Shown here in pieces: positions 53,328 through 64,000 of a DNA stretch of 64,000 bases. The stretch is taken from the NCBI GenBank assembly GCA_051362555.1, contig CM120649.1:20040567-20104566 (forward strand). The letters are read 5' to 3'. A program made the translations under genes and the position numbers. The notes under the pieces were generated by a model. The model was not told the DNA's origin, did no database searches, and saw nothing but the letters and a program-made list of their open reading frames with translations. The first letter of the stretch is position 1, and each line of letters starts with the position of its first letter. This DNA comes from Lingula anatina (lineage: Eukaryota > Animalia > Brachiopoda).

Positions 53328-54433
53328 TGTTACAACATCAAGATCCGAAGATGGTGGATGGAAACAGTAGCGTTCATTTGACCAATTGTGCAGTCTCTAA
53401 GTCAAGGAAACCATTTTATCAGAGAAACAACAAGATAAGATACTGTAAAAGGATCTTTATTTTCATGTATCATAAAGCTTTGCCTTAATGTAATATTGAA
53501 GGAATAGATGACAATCATTTGGTTTGAATACATTGAATACATTGCAGGGACCATAAACTGTGAATTGTTTTGAGCATCTAGATTTTAGAGGCAGAGCTTA
53601 TGAGATGGTGGAGGAACTATCAATGAAAATGTCACAAATAACACTGAAAAATAAATGCCTATTGATCAGCGTCAGTTATGTCAAACATTTGGATCTTGCG
53701 TACATTAAATGTATGAATTCCATGCATTGTATAACATTTCTATTGATTCTATATGAAAGTGAAGGACTTCATGAGAAGCGACATATTCCAGTTAGCTGCG
53801 CATGCACGTTAGGTGGATGAATTTCTAGGAACTTCAACAGGTAATAGAAATACCAATTCTATTAATACACTAAAAATCCACAGCATTATTCTTTAACTAA
53901 ATATTGCCTTTATTAAAAGCAACATCATTTTGAAATAGTAATAAGCTGCAGTGATGTACCCTCAAGACCAGCATTTAGACTTTAAGACTGCAGTAAGACT
54001 TACTCACTGCTCACTCACCCTAACATTCACAGCAGAGTATATTATCAGCTCAATGCTACAGTTTGCTTACACATTAAATCACCTTTCAAAGCACTACATC
54101 CATAGATAGTTGAGATCAGTCCAGGCAATGACACAGTCTTTATATGTAACGGTGCCCAGCACTACCACCTCCAGTAGCAGATTGGAGATGTTAAGCATCT
54201 AACTGCTCTCCACAGGGCTTTCTCCACAGCTTCAGAGGTTTAAGAACCATCTGCTCTCTGTATTAACCACCTGCATTCTGTACAATTCCCAGTGTACATA
54301 TATTCACATAGTTACAGATGCATTTTATACAAAATATACAGATATCAGACAGCCAAGTAACTGGCAATGTGGAACTAGTATCAAATCTATCTCCTAAGAT
54401 TACACTCAATCACTAATGTTCCTGTGTGACATC

Positions 54434-63548
<9,115 letters not shown>

Positions 63549-63810
63549 CTGTAACACAGTAAAGTTAGAGGCTAAATACTTTCATGTCTTATAAAACTAA
63601 AATCAATTTCACTGGCAACGTTGAAGACTGCTTATTCCTATCTGTTAGACTTGATGAACACATGGAATACTGGTCATGCTTGAAGTTTGGACATGCTTTG
63701 CAAGCAACCTTAACCGAATATGCTTCAAACTGCACCATAACTTGTTGTGAAGTTATAAAATTGACAATTTTGAGGTCTCATGCTCAGACAGTGCCTTAAG
63801 TCCACCTCCT

Positions 63811-64000
63811 AGTCTGCACCACTCCTCCCATACTTACTGCTTCCCTTCCCAGCCTGCACCACTCCTCCCTTACTTACTGCTTCCCTTCCCAGTCTGCACC
63901 ACTCATCCCTTACTTATTGCTTCCCTTCCCAGCCTGCACCACTCCTCCCTTACTTACTGCTTCCCTTCCCAGCCTGCACCACTCCTCCCTTACTTACTGC
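63811..64000 (-). repeat. 40-bp minisatellite (at least 4.75 units, runs off the window) carrying a GTAAGT donor
   Basis: Minus-strand unit gggaggagtggtgcaggctgggaagggaagca-gtaagtaa. Confidence 0.93.

Noticed and set aside
52399-53381. Long ORFs (167-249 aa) on both strands
   Set aside because: They arise from a stop-poor 23-bp minisatellite that is open in nearly all frames; no splice or domain support.

Overview
AT-rich, intron-containing animal genomic DNA. It looks like a marine invertebrate, possibly a mollusc, but the taxon cannot be fixed from sequence alone. From left to right: (1) Two tandem 4-exon secreted phospholipase A2 genes (+). The first keeps the full 12-Cys scaffold but has lost the catalytic His-Asp pair (CCQTLARCY); the second is canonical (CCQVHDYCY). 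(2) Three recent paralogs (+,+,-) of a Mesh/SUSD2/MUC4-type type I membrane protein (signal peptide-NIDO-IPT-AMOP-VWD with GDPH-Sushi x1 or x2-TM), plus an orphan last-exon fragment. (3) The 3' part of U2SURP/SR140 (-). Introns carry several DNA transposons and MITEs, including a TA-flanked pogo/Tigger-like remnant with a decayed OTU-like protease segment and a PHD finger, and a Helentron-associated (HINE-like) element. The most striking pattern is that at least 9 local duplications or minisatellites in two unrelated gene families are built from exon-intron junction sequence. They form arrays of up to 34 decoy 5' splice sites and a triple 3' splice site, and in the cases that can be read fully any wrong choice leads to a premature stop. 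Exon coordinates were read by hand from splice motifs and frame continuity and need RNA-seq confirmation. No rRNA, genuine tRNA or CRISPR array was seen.
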